Shown here piece by piece: positions 38,650-52,300 of a DNA stretch of 64,000 bases. Source of the DNA: Convolutriloba macropyga (taxonomy: Eukaryota). A program made the translations under genes and the position numbers. The notes beneath the pieces are model-generated. The model saw only the letters and a program-made list of their open reading frames with translations, did not search any database and was not told where the DNA came from. The first letter of the stretch is position 1; each line of letters begins with the position of its first letter. The stretch covers positions 31,992,001-32,056,000 of the forward strand of contig NC_134470.1 in assembly GCF_964194025.1 (NCBI RefSeq). The letters are read 5' to 3'.

Positions 38650-39530
38650 ACAAGGGTTCCCATTGACGCTTCTACTGCAGGGCGCCAGCGCAAGGAGCGT
38701 GCGTCACGGAAGCAGAGTATGGAGCTACGCAAAAAAAGCGAAACTTCTTTTTGTCCTAATGTACGTGATCACGTCAGAATATGAATCTTCTTTCTAAACG
38801 CTGATCCGGGAAGCCAACCTCTGTAGGGCTTTTGATGCTGACCAACCAACTCCTCCTGTATACCTGAAGATCAACGGCGTCCTTTCGTCAAATACCTTTC
38901 GTCGTATTTCAGTTTCTTAATGGACTGATTTTCGTAGGAATCCGGTAGGCTTCCTGGGCAAATCTTAGCATACGATTTAAACCCTTTCAAATCAAGAATG
39001 TTCTGCTGAAACGTGATCCGAAGAAGCCGTTTTTATTATAATTATTATTATTATAGGTTTACGCATCATTTACAAATTCAAACGTCCTTTCAAAATCAAA
39101 GATTAAATTAAAAAGTTTTCAGTTCTTTCCGATAATCAAACTCATGGGATATTAGTTCCATTAGCTCTCATATCTAGTCAAGCGTTGTCATCAGTAGTGG
39201 TACTTCTATATGCGAAGGTTTCACCTTGCAGAGTCTGAAGACAGGTCTCTACTTCGACATCATCACAGACCTCATTGAGCAGGTTGGCAAAAGAGTCACG
39301 GATGTCATTGTGTATGATGTGCATATAGCCACCATTTGGGCAATCAGGAGCATGCGCTACATTAAAAATTTCTCATGCGCATGTTGATGGCAATTTTACG
39401 GGATCCCATACATATCTAAGGGCTATTGCATGTCTAAACTCTCCCTTGGTTAAATTCAAATGATATCTTTTCAATGGAAGTGCGTTTAGCCAGCGTAATG
39501 CTCCTTTTTTCATAGCCAAAACTAGCGACT
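38650..39530 (-). mobile_element. Decayed 3' fragment of a second CRE-like non-LTR retrotransposon
   Basis: Manual translation KKGALRWLNALPLKRYHLNLTKGEFRHAIALRY..HAPDCPNGG..HNDIRD..LDMRANG / GFFGSRFSRTF..SIKKLKY..ALQRLASRIS..SYSDVITYIRTK matches the CRE-clade zinc-knuckle/RLE region; stops and frameshifts; interrupted at 39032-39157. Confidence 0.78.
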
Positions 39531-39889
39531 GGAACACTTCAACATGACTAGAAAACTAGGTCTCAAAAAACAAACAGTTTTCATCTTTTGGCTTTCAAAA
39601 ACAATCTTGAGTAATTAGATATTGCACAGGTTAACCGGTCAAAATATTTCAGAAGCTTTCAAATAATCCGAAACATTTTGACTTTCTCATAATTTCGATT
39701 TTTTTGTGTTGTTGCTTTAGCTGCCCTAATTAGAATGAGCTATGGTAAGCTGACCTTAACTAGTTTAAAAAAAGTCTGCAAAAATTAATTTGAAAACGAA
39801 AAAATTCGTTTGTAAGTGATATCATGTGTTATCTAAAATTACTTGAATTACTGAACAAAAAGGCACCAATAAGATCGAAAAATAGTGTC

Positions 39890-40324
39890 TCTCACACACA
39901 ACACAGATCTGTTGAAATCATGTGAGCAACAAAAATTTTGACGAAGAAACAAAAATAGCAGGACAAGTATCAGGATTTTTCACTGACTCAACGACAAACT
40001 AGATCTAGATCAGACTGTAGAAAACAAACAGAGCTGGCAGATTGCCAGAAAATAGCCGCAATAGATTCGTAGATCGGCAGTCTAAAAAAACATTAAGAAA
40101 GACAGACCAAAAAAATTTGTCTTTTCATTGAAGGCTAATCTGTTATATTTTGATTGAAAATCTGTTTAAATTTTTGCTGCCTCTATTAGCTGCTCTCAAA
40201 TAACCTTTATTTAGACTGACACAACCCATTTGACCTAATCTCTTTGAATTAAAGTAAATAAGTCAATTTCAAAGTGAGGAAGTCATTTTTGAGAATGAGG
40301 TAAGTCAAGTGTGACCAAAAAATT
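39890..40324 (+). repeat. Array lead-in; member of the dispersed repeat family
   Basis: Homologous to 15300-15590 and 20410-20650; 39910-40020 resembles part of the array unit. Confidence 0.8.
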
Positions 40325-43300
40325 AATCACGCGAGTGAACAAAAAAAACTCGCTCCACTAAGAGCGAAAAATGACGTCCCGCATGCAATTCAGTTGAAAT
40401 TGCATGAACGAATGAACAAAAAGTGGCTGTGACGTCATATGGTTGTAAAAAAAATCATGACGACGAAATAAAAAAACAAAGCAGGACAAGTCCTGACGTA
40501 CAATTCAAAGAATTTTCATTGACTAAACAGAAAACTAGACCTATAACGGACTATGAATGGATTGGGAAAACCATTTAGAAAAAAATCTGATCCAAAAAAT
40601 CCGAAAAAACAGTAAAAATCAAAGTGAAATTGCCGCACGTGAACAAAAAACCACTAGCGAGAAAGTGAATTTTTGTTCAAACACTGTTTTCTCACTCTAC
40701 TTTAAATTTAGAGCGAAAAAATTTCACGCCGCAAAACCACTCGCTTTTTCGCTCCTTTTCCTGTTTCGGCGTGACCAAAATCACTACTCCAATTTGACTT
40801 TAAAAATCATGAAAATGTGTGAACAGATCTTTAAAAAAAGACAGCGCCCCAATAAAATTCAAATTCTTCGAATTGTAAAAAAAACCAAGAGAAGGCCAAT
40901 AATAGCCCCAGCTATTGCTGTGCGGATAAATCAAAGCAGTCAAAATATAAGTCAAATTGCTCCACATAAGAAACAGGATCGAAAAAGCGAATTTTCGTTC
41001 GAACGCCGTTTTCTCACTCTATTTTAAAATAAGATAGATATTTCCCGCTAATAACCGCTTGCTTTTTCGATCTTTTTCAGATTTCGGGGTGACCAAAATA
41101 ACTTCTCCAAATTAACTTCTAAAATTACTAACAGATCTTAAAAACAAAACCATAGCCGGAAAAAATCGGAATATGACTCGAAGTAGGAAATACGAAAACT
41201 CCTATGAAATGCCCTTCGCCACGGCGTTCCGTATTTTCGAGAGCTTTGCATTGATGCAACTTTTCTCTAAGTGAAAGAAAGCGATTGGCTAAAATTTCAA
41301 TAATAAGGAGGTACGATTTAAATTCAATTAACTTTGTGCGAGACGAGGAGTATTTCAGAAAAGAATCAGCAGTAAATTGAATCACGAGAATGAACAAAAA
41401 ACTCGCTCCACTAAGAGCGAAAAATGACGTGCCGCTTTCAACTCAGTTGAAATTGCATGAACGAATGAACAAAAGTTGACTGTGACGTCATAGGGTCGTA
41501 ACAAAAATCATGACGAAATAAAAAAAAAACATACCAGGACAAGTCGTGACGTACAATTCAAAGAAATTTCATTGACTAAACAGAAAACTAGACCTAGAAC
41601 GGACTATGAATGGATTGGTAAAACCATTTAGAAAAAATCCGATCCAAAAAAACGAAAAAACAGTAAAAATCAAAGTGAAATTGCCGCATGTGAACAAAAA
41701 ACCACTAGCGAGAAAGCGAATTTTTGTTCAAACACCGTTTTCTCACTCTCCTTTAAATTTAGAGCAAAAAAATTTCACGCCGCAAAACTACTCGCTTTTT
41801 CGCTCCACTTCCTGTTTCGGCGTGACCAAAATCACTACTCCAATTTGACTTCAAAAATCAAGAAAATGTGTGAACAGATCTTAAAGAAAAGACAGCGCCC
41901 CAAAACAATTCAAAGTCTCCGAATTGTAAAAAACCAAGAGAAGGCCAATAATAGTCCCAGCTATTAATCAAAGCAGTCACAATATAAGTCAAATTGCTCC
42001 ACATGAATAAGAAACAGGATCGAAAAAGCGAATTTTCGTTCAAACGCCGTTTTCTCACTCTATTTTAAAATAAGAGAGATATTTCCCGCTGATAACCGCT
42101 TGCTTTTTCGATCTTTTTCAGGTTTCGGGGTGACCAAAATAACTTCTCCAAATTAACTTCTAAAATTACTAACAGATCTTAAAAACAAAACCATAGCCGG
42201 AAAAAATCCGAATATGACTCGAAGTAGGAAATACGAAAACTCCTATGAAATGCTCTTCGCCACGGCGTTTCGTATTTTCGAGAGCTTTGCATTGATGCAA
42301 CTTTTCTCTAAGTGAAAGAAAGCGATTGGCTAAAATTTCAATAATAAGGAGGTACGTTTTAAATTCAATTACCTTTGTGCGAGACGAGGAGTATTTCAGA
42401 AAAGAATCGGCAGTAAATTGAATCACGAGAATGAACAAAAAACTCGCTCCACTAAGAGCGAAAAATGACGTGCCGCATGCAATTCAGTTGAAATTGCATG
42501 AGCGAATGAAAAGTTGACTGTGACGTCATATGGTCGTAACAAAAATCATGACGAAATAAAAAAAAACATACCAGGACAAGTCGTGACGTACAATTCAAAG
42601 AATTTTCATTGACTAAACAGAAAACTAGACCTAGAACGGACTATGAATGGATTGGTAAAACCATTTAGAAAAAAACCGATCCAAAAAATCGAAAAAACAG
42701 TAAAAATCAAAGTGAAATTGCCGCATGTGAACAAAAAACCACTAGCGAGAAAGCGAATTTTTGTTCAAACACCGTTTTCTCACTCTCCTTTAAATTTAGA
42801 GCAAAAAAATTTCACGCCGCAAAACTACTCGCTTTTTCGCTCCACTTCCTGTTTCGGCGTGACCAAAATCACTACTCCAATTTGACTTCAAAAATCAAGA
42901 AAATGTGTGAACAGATCTTAAAGAAAAGACAGCGCCCCAAAACAATTCAAATTCTCCGAATTGTAAAAACCAAGAGAAGGCCAATAATAGTCCCAGCTAT
43001 TAATCAAAGCAGTCACAATATAAGTCAAATTGCTCCACATGAATAAGAAACAGGATCGAAAAAGCGAATTTTCGTTCAAACGCCGTTTTCTCACTCTATT
43101 TTAAAATAAGAGAGATATTTCCCGCTGATAACCGCTTGCTTTTTCGATCTTTTTCAGGTTTTGGGGTGACCAAAATAACTACTCCAAATTAACTTCTAAA
43201 ATTACTAACAGATCTTAAAAACAAAACCATAGCCGGAAAAAATCCGAAAATGACTCGAAGTAGGAAATACGAAAACTCCTATGAAATGCTCTTCGCCACG

Positions 43301-46300
43301 GCGTTTCGTATTTTCGAGAGCTTTGCATTGATGCAACTTTTCTCTAAGTGAAAGAAAGCGATTGGCTAAAATTTCAATAATAAGGAGGTACGTTTTAAAT
43401 TCAATTACCTTTGTGCGAGACGAGGAGTATTTCAGAAAAGAATCGGCAGTAAATTGAATCACGAGAATGAACAAAAAACTCGCTCCACTAAGAGCGAAAA
43501 ATGACGTGCCGCATGCAATTCAGTTGAAATTGCATGAACGAATGAAAAGTTGACTGTGACGTCATATGGTCGTAACAAAAATCATGACGAAATAAAAAAA
43601 ACATACCAGGACAAGTCGTGACGTACAATTCAAAGAATTTTCATTGACTAAACAGAAAACTAGACCTAGAACGGACTATGAATGGATTGGTAAAACCATT
43701 TAGAAAAAAATCCGATCCAAAAAATCGAAAAAACAGTAAAAATCAAAGTGAAATTGCCGCATGTGAACAAAAAACCACTAGCGAGAAAGCAAATTTTTGT
43801 TCAAACACCGTTTTCTCACTCTCCCTTAAATTTAGAGCAAAAAAATTTCACGCCGCAAAACTACTCGCTTTTTCGCTCCACTTCCTGTTTCGGCGTGACC
43901 AAAATCACTACTCCAATTTGACTTCAAAAATCATGAAAATGTGTGAACAGATCTTAAAAAAAGACAGCGCCCCAATACAATTCAAATTCTTCGAATTGTA
44001 AAAAAAACCAAAAAAGACCAATAATAGCCCCAGCTATCGCTGTGCGGGTATTAATCAAAGCAGTCAAAATATAAGTCAAATTGCTCCACATGAATAAGAA
44101 ACAGGATCGAAAAAGCGAATTTTCGTTCAAACGCCGTTTTCTCACTCTATTTTAAAATAAGAGAGATATTTCCCGCTAATAACCGCTTGCTTTTTCGATC
44201 TTTTTCAGGTTTCGGGGTGACCAAAATAACTACTCCAAATTAACTTCTAAAACTACTAACAGATCTTAAAAACAAAACCATAGCCGGAAAAAATCCGAAA
44301 ATGACTCGAAGTAGGAAATACGAAAACTCCTATGAAATGCTCTTCGCCACGGCGTTTCGTATTTTCGAGAGCTTTGCATTGATGCAACTTTTCTCTAAGT
44401 GAAAGAAAGCGATTGGCTAAAATTTCAATAATAAGGAGGTACGTTTTAAATTCAATTAACTTTGTGCGAGACGAGGAGTATTTCAGAAAAGAATCGGCAG
44501 TAAATTGAATCACGAGAATCAACAAAAAACTCGCTCCACTAAGAGCGAAAAATGACGTGCCGCATGCAATTCAGTGGAAATTGCATGAACGAATGAACAA
44601 AAGTTGACTGTGACGTCATATGGTCGTAACAAAAATCATGACGAAATAAAAAAAAACATACCAGGACAAGTCGTGACGTACAATTCAAAGAATTTTCATT
44701 GACTAAACAGAAAACTAGACCTAGAACGGACTATGAATGGATTGGTAAAACCATTTAGAAAAAAATCCGATCCAAAAAATCGAAAAAACAGTAAAAATCA
44801 AAGTGAAATTGCCGCATGTGAACAAAAAACCACTAGCGAGATAGCGAATTTTTGTTCAAACAACGTTTTCTCACTCTCCTTTAAATTTAGAGCGAAAAAA
44901 CTTCACGACGCAAAACTACGAGCTTTTTCGCTCCACTTCCTGTTTCGGCGTGACCAAAATCACTACTCCAATTTGACTTCAAAAATCATGAAAATGTGTG
45001 AACAGATCTTAAAAAAAGACAGCGCCCCAATACAATTCAAATTCTTCGGATTGTAAAAAAACCAAAAAAGACCAATAATAGCCCCAGCTATCGCTGTGCG
45101 GGTATTAATCAAAGCAGTCAAAATATAAGTCAAATTGCTCCACATGAATAAGAAACAGGATCGAAAAAGCGAATTTTCGTTCAAACGCCGTTTTCTCACT
45201 CTATTTTAAAATAAGAGAGATATTTCCCGCTGATAACCGCTTGCTTTTTCGATCTTTTTCAGGTTTCGGGGTGACCAAAATAACAACTCCAAATTAACTT
45301 CTATAATTACCAACAGATCTTAAAAACAAAACCATAGCCGGAAAAAATCCGAAAATGACTCGAAGTAGGAAATACGAAAACTCCTATGAAATGCTCTTCG
45401 CCACGGCGTTTCGTATTTTCGAGAGCTTTGCATTGATGCAACTTTTCTCTAAGTGAAAGAAAGCGATTGGCTAAAAATTCAATAATAAGGAGGTACGTTT
45501 TAAATTCAATTAACTTTTTCTGTGCGAGACGAGGAGTATTTCAGAAAAGAATCAGCAGTAAATTGAATCACAAAAATGAACAAAAAACTCGCTCCACTAA
45601 GAACGAATAATGACGTGCCGCATGCAATTCAGTTGAAATTGCATGAACGAATGCACAAAAGGTGACTGTGACGTCATATGGTCGTAACAAAAATCATGAC
45701 GAAAAAAAACATAGCAGGACAAGTCCTGACGTACAATTCAAAGAATTTTCATTGACTAAACAGAAAACTAGACCTAGAACGGACTATGAATGGATTGGGA
45801 AAACCATTTAGAAAAAAATCCGATCCAAAAAATTGAAAAAACAGTAAAAATCAAAGTGAAATTGTCGAATGTGAACAAAAAACCACTAGCGAGAAAGCGA
45901 ATTTTTGTTCAAACACCGTTTTCTCACTCTCCTTTAAATTTAGAGCGAAAAAACTTCACGCCGCAAAACTACGCGCTTTTTGGCTCCACTTCCTGTTTCG
46001 GCGTGACCAAAATCACTACAATTTGACTTCAAAAATCATGAAAATGTGTGAACAGATCTTAAAAAAAAAGACAGCGCCCGAATACAATTCAAATTCTTCG
46101 AATTGTTAAAAAAACAAAAAAGACCAATAATAGCCCCAGCTATCGCTGTGCGGGTATTAATCAAAGCAGTCAAAATATAAGTCAAATTGCTCCACATAAG
46201 AAACAGGATCGAAAAAGCGAATTTTCGTTCAAACGCCGTTTTCTCACTCTATTTTAAAATAAGAGAGATATTTACCGCCGATAACCGCTTGCTTTTTCGA

Positions 46301-49300
46301 TATTTTTCAGGTTTCGGGGTGACCAAAATAACTACTCCAAATTAACTTCTAAAATTACTAACAGATCTTAAAAACAAAACCATAGCCGGAAAAAATCCGA
46401 AAATGACTCGAAGTAGGAAATACGAAAACTCCTATGAAATGCTCTTCGCCACGGCGTTTCGTATTTTCGAGAGCTTTGCATTGATACAACTTTTCTCTAA
46501 GTGAAAGAAAGCGATTGGCTAAAATTTCAATAATGAGGTACGTTTTAAATTCAATTAACTTTTTCTGTGCGAGACGAGGAGTATTTCAGAAAAGAATCAG
46601 CAGTAAATTGAATCACGCGAATGAACAAAGAACTCGCTCCACTAAGAGCGAAAAATGACGTGCCGCATGCAATTCAGTTGAAATTGCATGAACGAATGAA
46701 CAAAAGGTGACTGTGACGTCATATGGTCGTAACAAAAATCATGACGAAATAAAAAAAACATAGCAGGACAAGTCCTGACGTACAATTCAAAGAACTTTCA
46801 TTGACTAAACAGAAAACTAGACCTGGAACGGACTATGAATGGATTGAGAAAACCATTTAGAAAAAAACCCGATCCAAAAAATTGAAAAAACAGTAAAAAT
46901 CAAAGTGAAATTGCCGAATGTGAACAAAAAACCACTAGCGAAAAAGCGAATTTTTGTTCAAACACCGTTTTCTCACTCTCCTTTAAATTTAGAGCGAAAA
47001 AACTTCACGCCGCAAAACTACGCGCTTTTTCGCTCCACTTCCTGTTTCGGCGTGACCAAAATCACTACTCCAATTTGACTTCAAAAATCATGAAAATGTG
47101 TGAACAGATCTTAAAAAAGACAGCGCCCCAAAACAATTCAAATTCTTCGAAAAGTAAAAAAAACCAAGAGAAGGCTAATATAGCCCCAGCTATTGCTGTG
47201 CGGCTATAAATCAAAGCAGTCAAAATATAAGTCAAATTGCTCCACATGAATAAGAAACAGGATTGAAAAAGTGAATTTTCGTTCAAACGCCGTTTTCTCA
47301 CTCTATTTTAAAATAAGAGAGATATTTCCCGCTGATAACCGCTTGCTTTTTCGATCTTTTTCAGGTTTCGGGGTGACCAAAATAACTACTCCAAATTAAC
47401 TTCTATAATTACCAACAGATCTTAACAAAACCATAGCCGGAAAAAATCCGAAAATGACTCGAAGTAGGAAATACGAAAACTCCTATGAAATGCTCTTCGC
47501 CACGGCGTTTCGTATTTTCGAGAGCTTTGCATTGATGCAACTTTTCTCTAAGTGAAAGAAAGCGATTGGCTAAAAATTCAATAATAAGGAGGTACGTTTT
47601 AAATTCAATTAACTTTTTCTGTGCGAGACGAGGAGTATTTCAGAAAAGAATCAGCAGTAAATTGAATCACAAAAATGAACAAAAAACTCGCTCCACTAAG
47701 AACGAATAATGACGTGCCGCATGCAATTCAGTTGAAATTGCATGAACGAATGCACAAAAGGTGACTGTGACGTCATATGGTCGTAACAAAAATCATGACG
47801 AAAAAAAACATAGCAGGACAAGTCCTGACGTACAATTCAAAGAATTTTCATTGACTAAACAGAAAACTAGACCTAGAACGGACTATGAATGGATTGGGAA
47901 AACCATTTAGAAAAAAATCCGATCCAAAAAATTGAAAAAACAGAAAAATCAAAGTGAAATTGCCGAATGTGAACAAAAAACCACTAGCGAGAAAGCGAAT
48001 TTTTGTTCAAACACCATTTTCTCACTCTCCTTTAAATTTAGAGCGAAAAAACTTCACGCCGCAAAACTACACGCTTTTTGGCTCCACTTCCTGTTTCGGC
48101 GTGACCAAAATCACTACAATTTGACTTCAAAAATCATGAAAATGTGTGAACAGATCTTAAAAAAAAGACAGCGCCCGACTACAATTCAAATTCTTCGAAT
48201 TGTAAAAAAAACAAAAAAAGACCAATAATAGCCCCAGCTATCGCTGTGCGGGTATTAATCAAAGCAGTCAAAATATAAGTCAAATTGCTCCACATAAGAA
48301 ACAGGATCGAAAAAGCGAATTTTCGTTCAAACGCCGTTTTCTCACTCTATTTTAAAATAAGAGAGATATTTACCGCTGATAACCGCTTGCTTTTTCGATA
48401 TTTTTCAGGTTTCGGGGTGACCAAAATAACTACTCCAAATTAACTTCTAAAATTACTAACAGATCTTAAAAACAAAACCATAGCCGGAAAAAATCCGAAA
48501 ATGACTCGAAGTAGGAAATACGAAAACTCCTATGAAATGCTCTTCGCCACGGCGTTTCGTATTTTCGAGAGCTTTGCATTGATGCAACTTTTCTCTAAGT
48601 GAAAGAAAGCGATTGGCTAAAATTTCAATAATGAGGTACGTTTTAAATTCAATTAACTTTTTCTGTGCGAGACGAGGAGTATTTCAGAAAAGAATCAGCA
48701 GTAAATTGAATCACGTGAATGAACAAAAAACTCGCTCCACTAAGAGCGAAAAATGACGTGCCGCATGCAATTCAGTTGAAATTGCATGAACGAATGAACA
48801 AAAGGTGACTGTGACGTCATATGGTCGTAACAAAAATCATGACGAAATAAAAAAAACATAGCAGGACAAGTCCTGACGTACAATTCAAAGAATTTTCATT
48901 GACTAAACAGAAAAGTAGACCTGGAACGGACTATGAATGGATTGAGAAAACCATTTAGAAAAAAAAACCGATCCAAAAAATTGAAAAAACAGTAAAAATC
49001 AAAGTGAAATTGCCGAATGTGAACAAAAAACCACTAGCGAAAAAGCGAATTTTTGTTCAAACACCGTTTTCTCACTCTCCTTTAAATTTAGAGCGAAAAA
49101 ACTTCACGCCGCAAAACTACGCGCTTTTTCGCTCCACTTTCTGTTTCGGCGTGACCAAAATCACTACTCCAATTTGACTTCAAAAATCATGAAAATGTGT
49201 GAACAGATCTTAAAAAAGACAGCGCCCCAAAACAATTCAAATTCTTCGAAAAGTAAAAAAAAAACAAGAGAAGGCCAATATAGCCCCAGCTATTGCTGTG

Positions 49301-52300
49301 CGGCTATAAATCAAAGCAGTCAAAATATAAGTCAAATTGCTCCACATGAATAAGAAACAGGATTGAAAAAGTGAATTTTCGTTCAAACGCCGTTTTCTCA
49401 CTCTATTTTAAAATAAGAGAGATATTTCCCGCTGATAACCGCTTGCTTTTTCGATCTTTTTCAGGTTTTGGGGTGACCAAAATTACTACTCCAAATTAAC
49501 TTCTAAAATTACTAACAGATCTTAAAAACAAAACCATAGCCGGAAAAAATCCGAAAATGACTCGAAGTAGGAAATACGAAAACTCCTAAGAAATGCTCTT
49601 CGCCACGGCGTTTCGTATTTTCAAGAGCTTTGCATTGATGCAACTTTTCTCTAAGTGAAAGAAAGCGATTGCCTAATATTTCAGTAATAACGCGGTCGGT
49701 TTCAAATTCAATTAACTTTTTCTGTGCGAGACGAGGAGTATTTCAGAAATGAATCAGCAGTAAATTGAATCACGCGAATGAACAAGAAAACTCGCTCCAC
49801 TAAGAGCGAAAAATGACCTCCCGCATGCAATTCAGTTGAATTTGCATGAACGAATGAACAAAAGGTGGCTGTGACGTCATATGGTCGTAACAAAAATCAT
49901 GACGACGAAATAAAACATAGCAGGACAAGTCCTGACGTACAATTCAAAGAATTTTCATTGATTAAACAGAAAACTATACCTAGAACGGACTATGAACAGA
50001 TTGGGAAAACCATTTCGAAAAAAAATCCGATCCAAAACGAAAAAACAGTAAAAATCAAAGTGAAATTGCCGCATGTGAACAAAAAAACCACTAGCGAGAA
50101 AGCGAATTTTTGTTCAAACACCGTTTTCTCACTCTCATTTAAATTTAGAGCGAAACATTTTCACGCCGCAAAACTACTGGCTTTTTCGCTCTACTTCCTT
50201 TTTCGGCGTGACCAAAATCACTACTCCAATTTGACTTCAAAAATCATGAAAATGTGTGAACAGATCTTAAAAAAAAAGACAGCGCCCCAATACAATTCAA
50301 ATTCTTCGAATTGTAAAAACACCAAGAGAAGGCCAATAAAAGCTCCAGCTATCGCTGTGCGGCTATTAATCAAAGCAGTCAAAATATAAGTCAAACTGCT
50401 CCACATGAATAAGAAACAGGATCGAAAAAGCAAATTTTCGTTCAAACGCCGTTTTCTCACTCTATTTTAAAATAAGAGAGATATTTCCCGCTGATAACCG
50501 CTTGCTTTTTCGATCTTTTTCAGGTTTTGGGGCGACCAAATTACTACTCCAAATTAACTTCTAAAATTACTAACAGATCTTAAAAACAAAACCATAGCCG
50601 GAAAAAAATCCGAAAATGACTCGAAGTAGGAAATACGAAAACTCCTATGAAATGCTCTTCGCCACGGCGTTTCGTATTTTCGAGAGCGTTGCATTGATGC
50701 AACTTTTCTCTAAGTGAAAGAAAGCGATTGGCTAAAATTTCAATAACGCGGTACAGTTTAAATTCAATTAATTTTTTCTGTGCGAGACGAGGAGTGTTTC
50801 AGAAATGAATCAGCAGTAAATTCAATCACGCGAAGGAACAAGAAAACTCGCTCCACTAAGAGCGAAAAATGACCTCCCGCATGCAATTCAGTTGAAATTG
50901 CATGAACGAATGAACAAAAGGTGGCTGTGAAGTCATATGGTCGTAACAAAAATCATGACGACGAAATAAAAAAACATAGCAGGACAAGTCCTGACGTACA
51001 ATTCAAAGAATTTTCATTGATTAAACAGAAAACTAGACCTAGAACGGACTATGAATGGATTGGGAAAACCACTTAGAAAAAATGCGATCCAAAAAATTGA
51101 AAAAAGTAAAAATCAAAGTGAAATTGCCGCATGTGAACAAAAAACCACTAGCGAGAAAGCGAATTTTTGTTCAAACACCGTTTTCTCACTCTCCTTTAAA
51201 TTTAGAGAGAAAAAACTTCACGCCGCAAAACTACGCGCTTTTTCGCTCCACTTCCTGTTTCGGCGTGACCAAAATCACTACTCCAATTTGACTTCAAAAA
51301 AATCATGAAAATGTGTGAACAGATCTTAAAAAAAAGACAGCGCCCCAATACAATTCAAATTCTTCGAATTGTAAAAAAAACCAAGAGAAGGCCAATAATA
51401 GCCCCAGCTATTGCTGTGCGGATAAATCAAAGCAGTCAAAATATAAGTCAAATTGCTCCACATGAATAAGAAACAGGATTGAAAAAGCGAATTTTCGTTC
51501 ACACGCCGTTTTCTCACTCTATTTTAAAATAAGAGAGATACTTCCCGCTGATAACCGCTTGCTTTTTCGATCTTTTTCAGGTTTCGGGGTGACCAAAATA
51601 ACTACTCCAAATTAACTTCTAAAATTACTAACAGATCTTAAAAACAAAACCATAGCCGGAAAAAATCCGAATATGACTCGAAGTAGGAAATACGAAAACT
51701 CCTATGAAATGCTCTTCGCCATGGCGTTTCGTAATTTCGAGAGCTTTGCATTGATGCAACTTTTCTCTAAGTGAAAGAAAGCGATTGGCTAAAATTTCAA
51801 TAATAAAGAGGTACGTTTTGAATCCAATTAACTTTTTCTGTGCGAGACAAGGAATATTTCAGAAATGAATCAGCAGTAAATTGAATCACGCGAATGAACA
51901 AAAAAACTCGCTCCACTAAGAGCGAAAAATGAGGTCCCGCATGCAATTCAGTTGAAATTGCATGAACGAAAGAACAAAAGGTGGCTGTGACGTCATATGG
52001 TGGTAACAAAAATCATGACGACGAAATAAAATATAGCAGGACAAGTCCTGACGTACAATTCAAAGAATTTTCATTGACTAAACAGAAAACTAGACCTAGA
52101 ACGGACTATGAACGGATTGGGAAAACCATTTAGAAAAAAATCCGATCCAAAAAATCGAAAAAACAGTAAAAATCAAAGTGAAATTGCCTTATGTGAACAA
52201 AAAACCACTAGCGAGAAAGCGAATTTTTGTTCAAACACCGTTTTCTCACTCTCCTTTAAATTTAGAGCGAAAAAACCACGCCGCAAAACTACGCGCTTTT

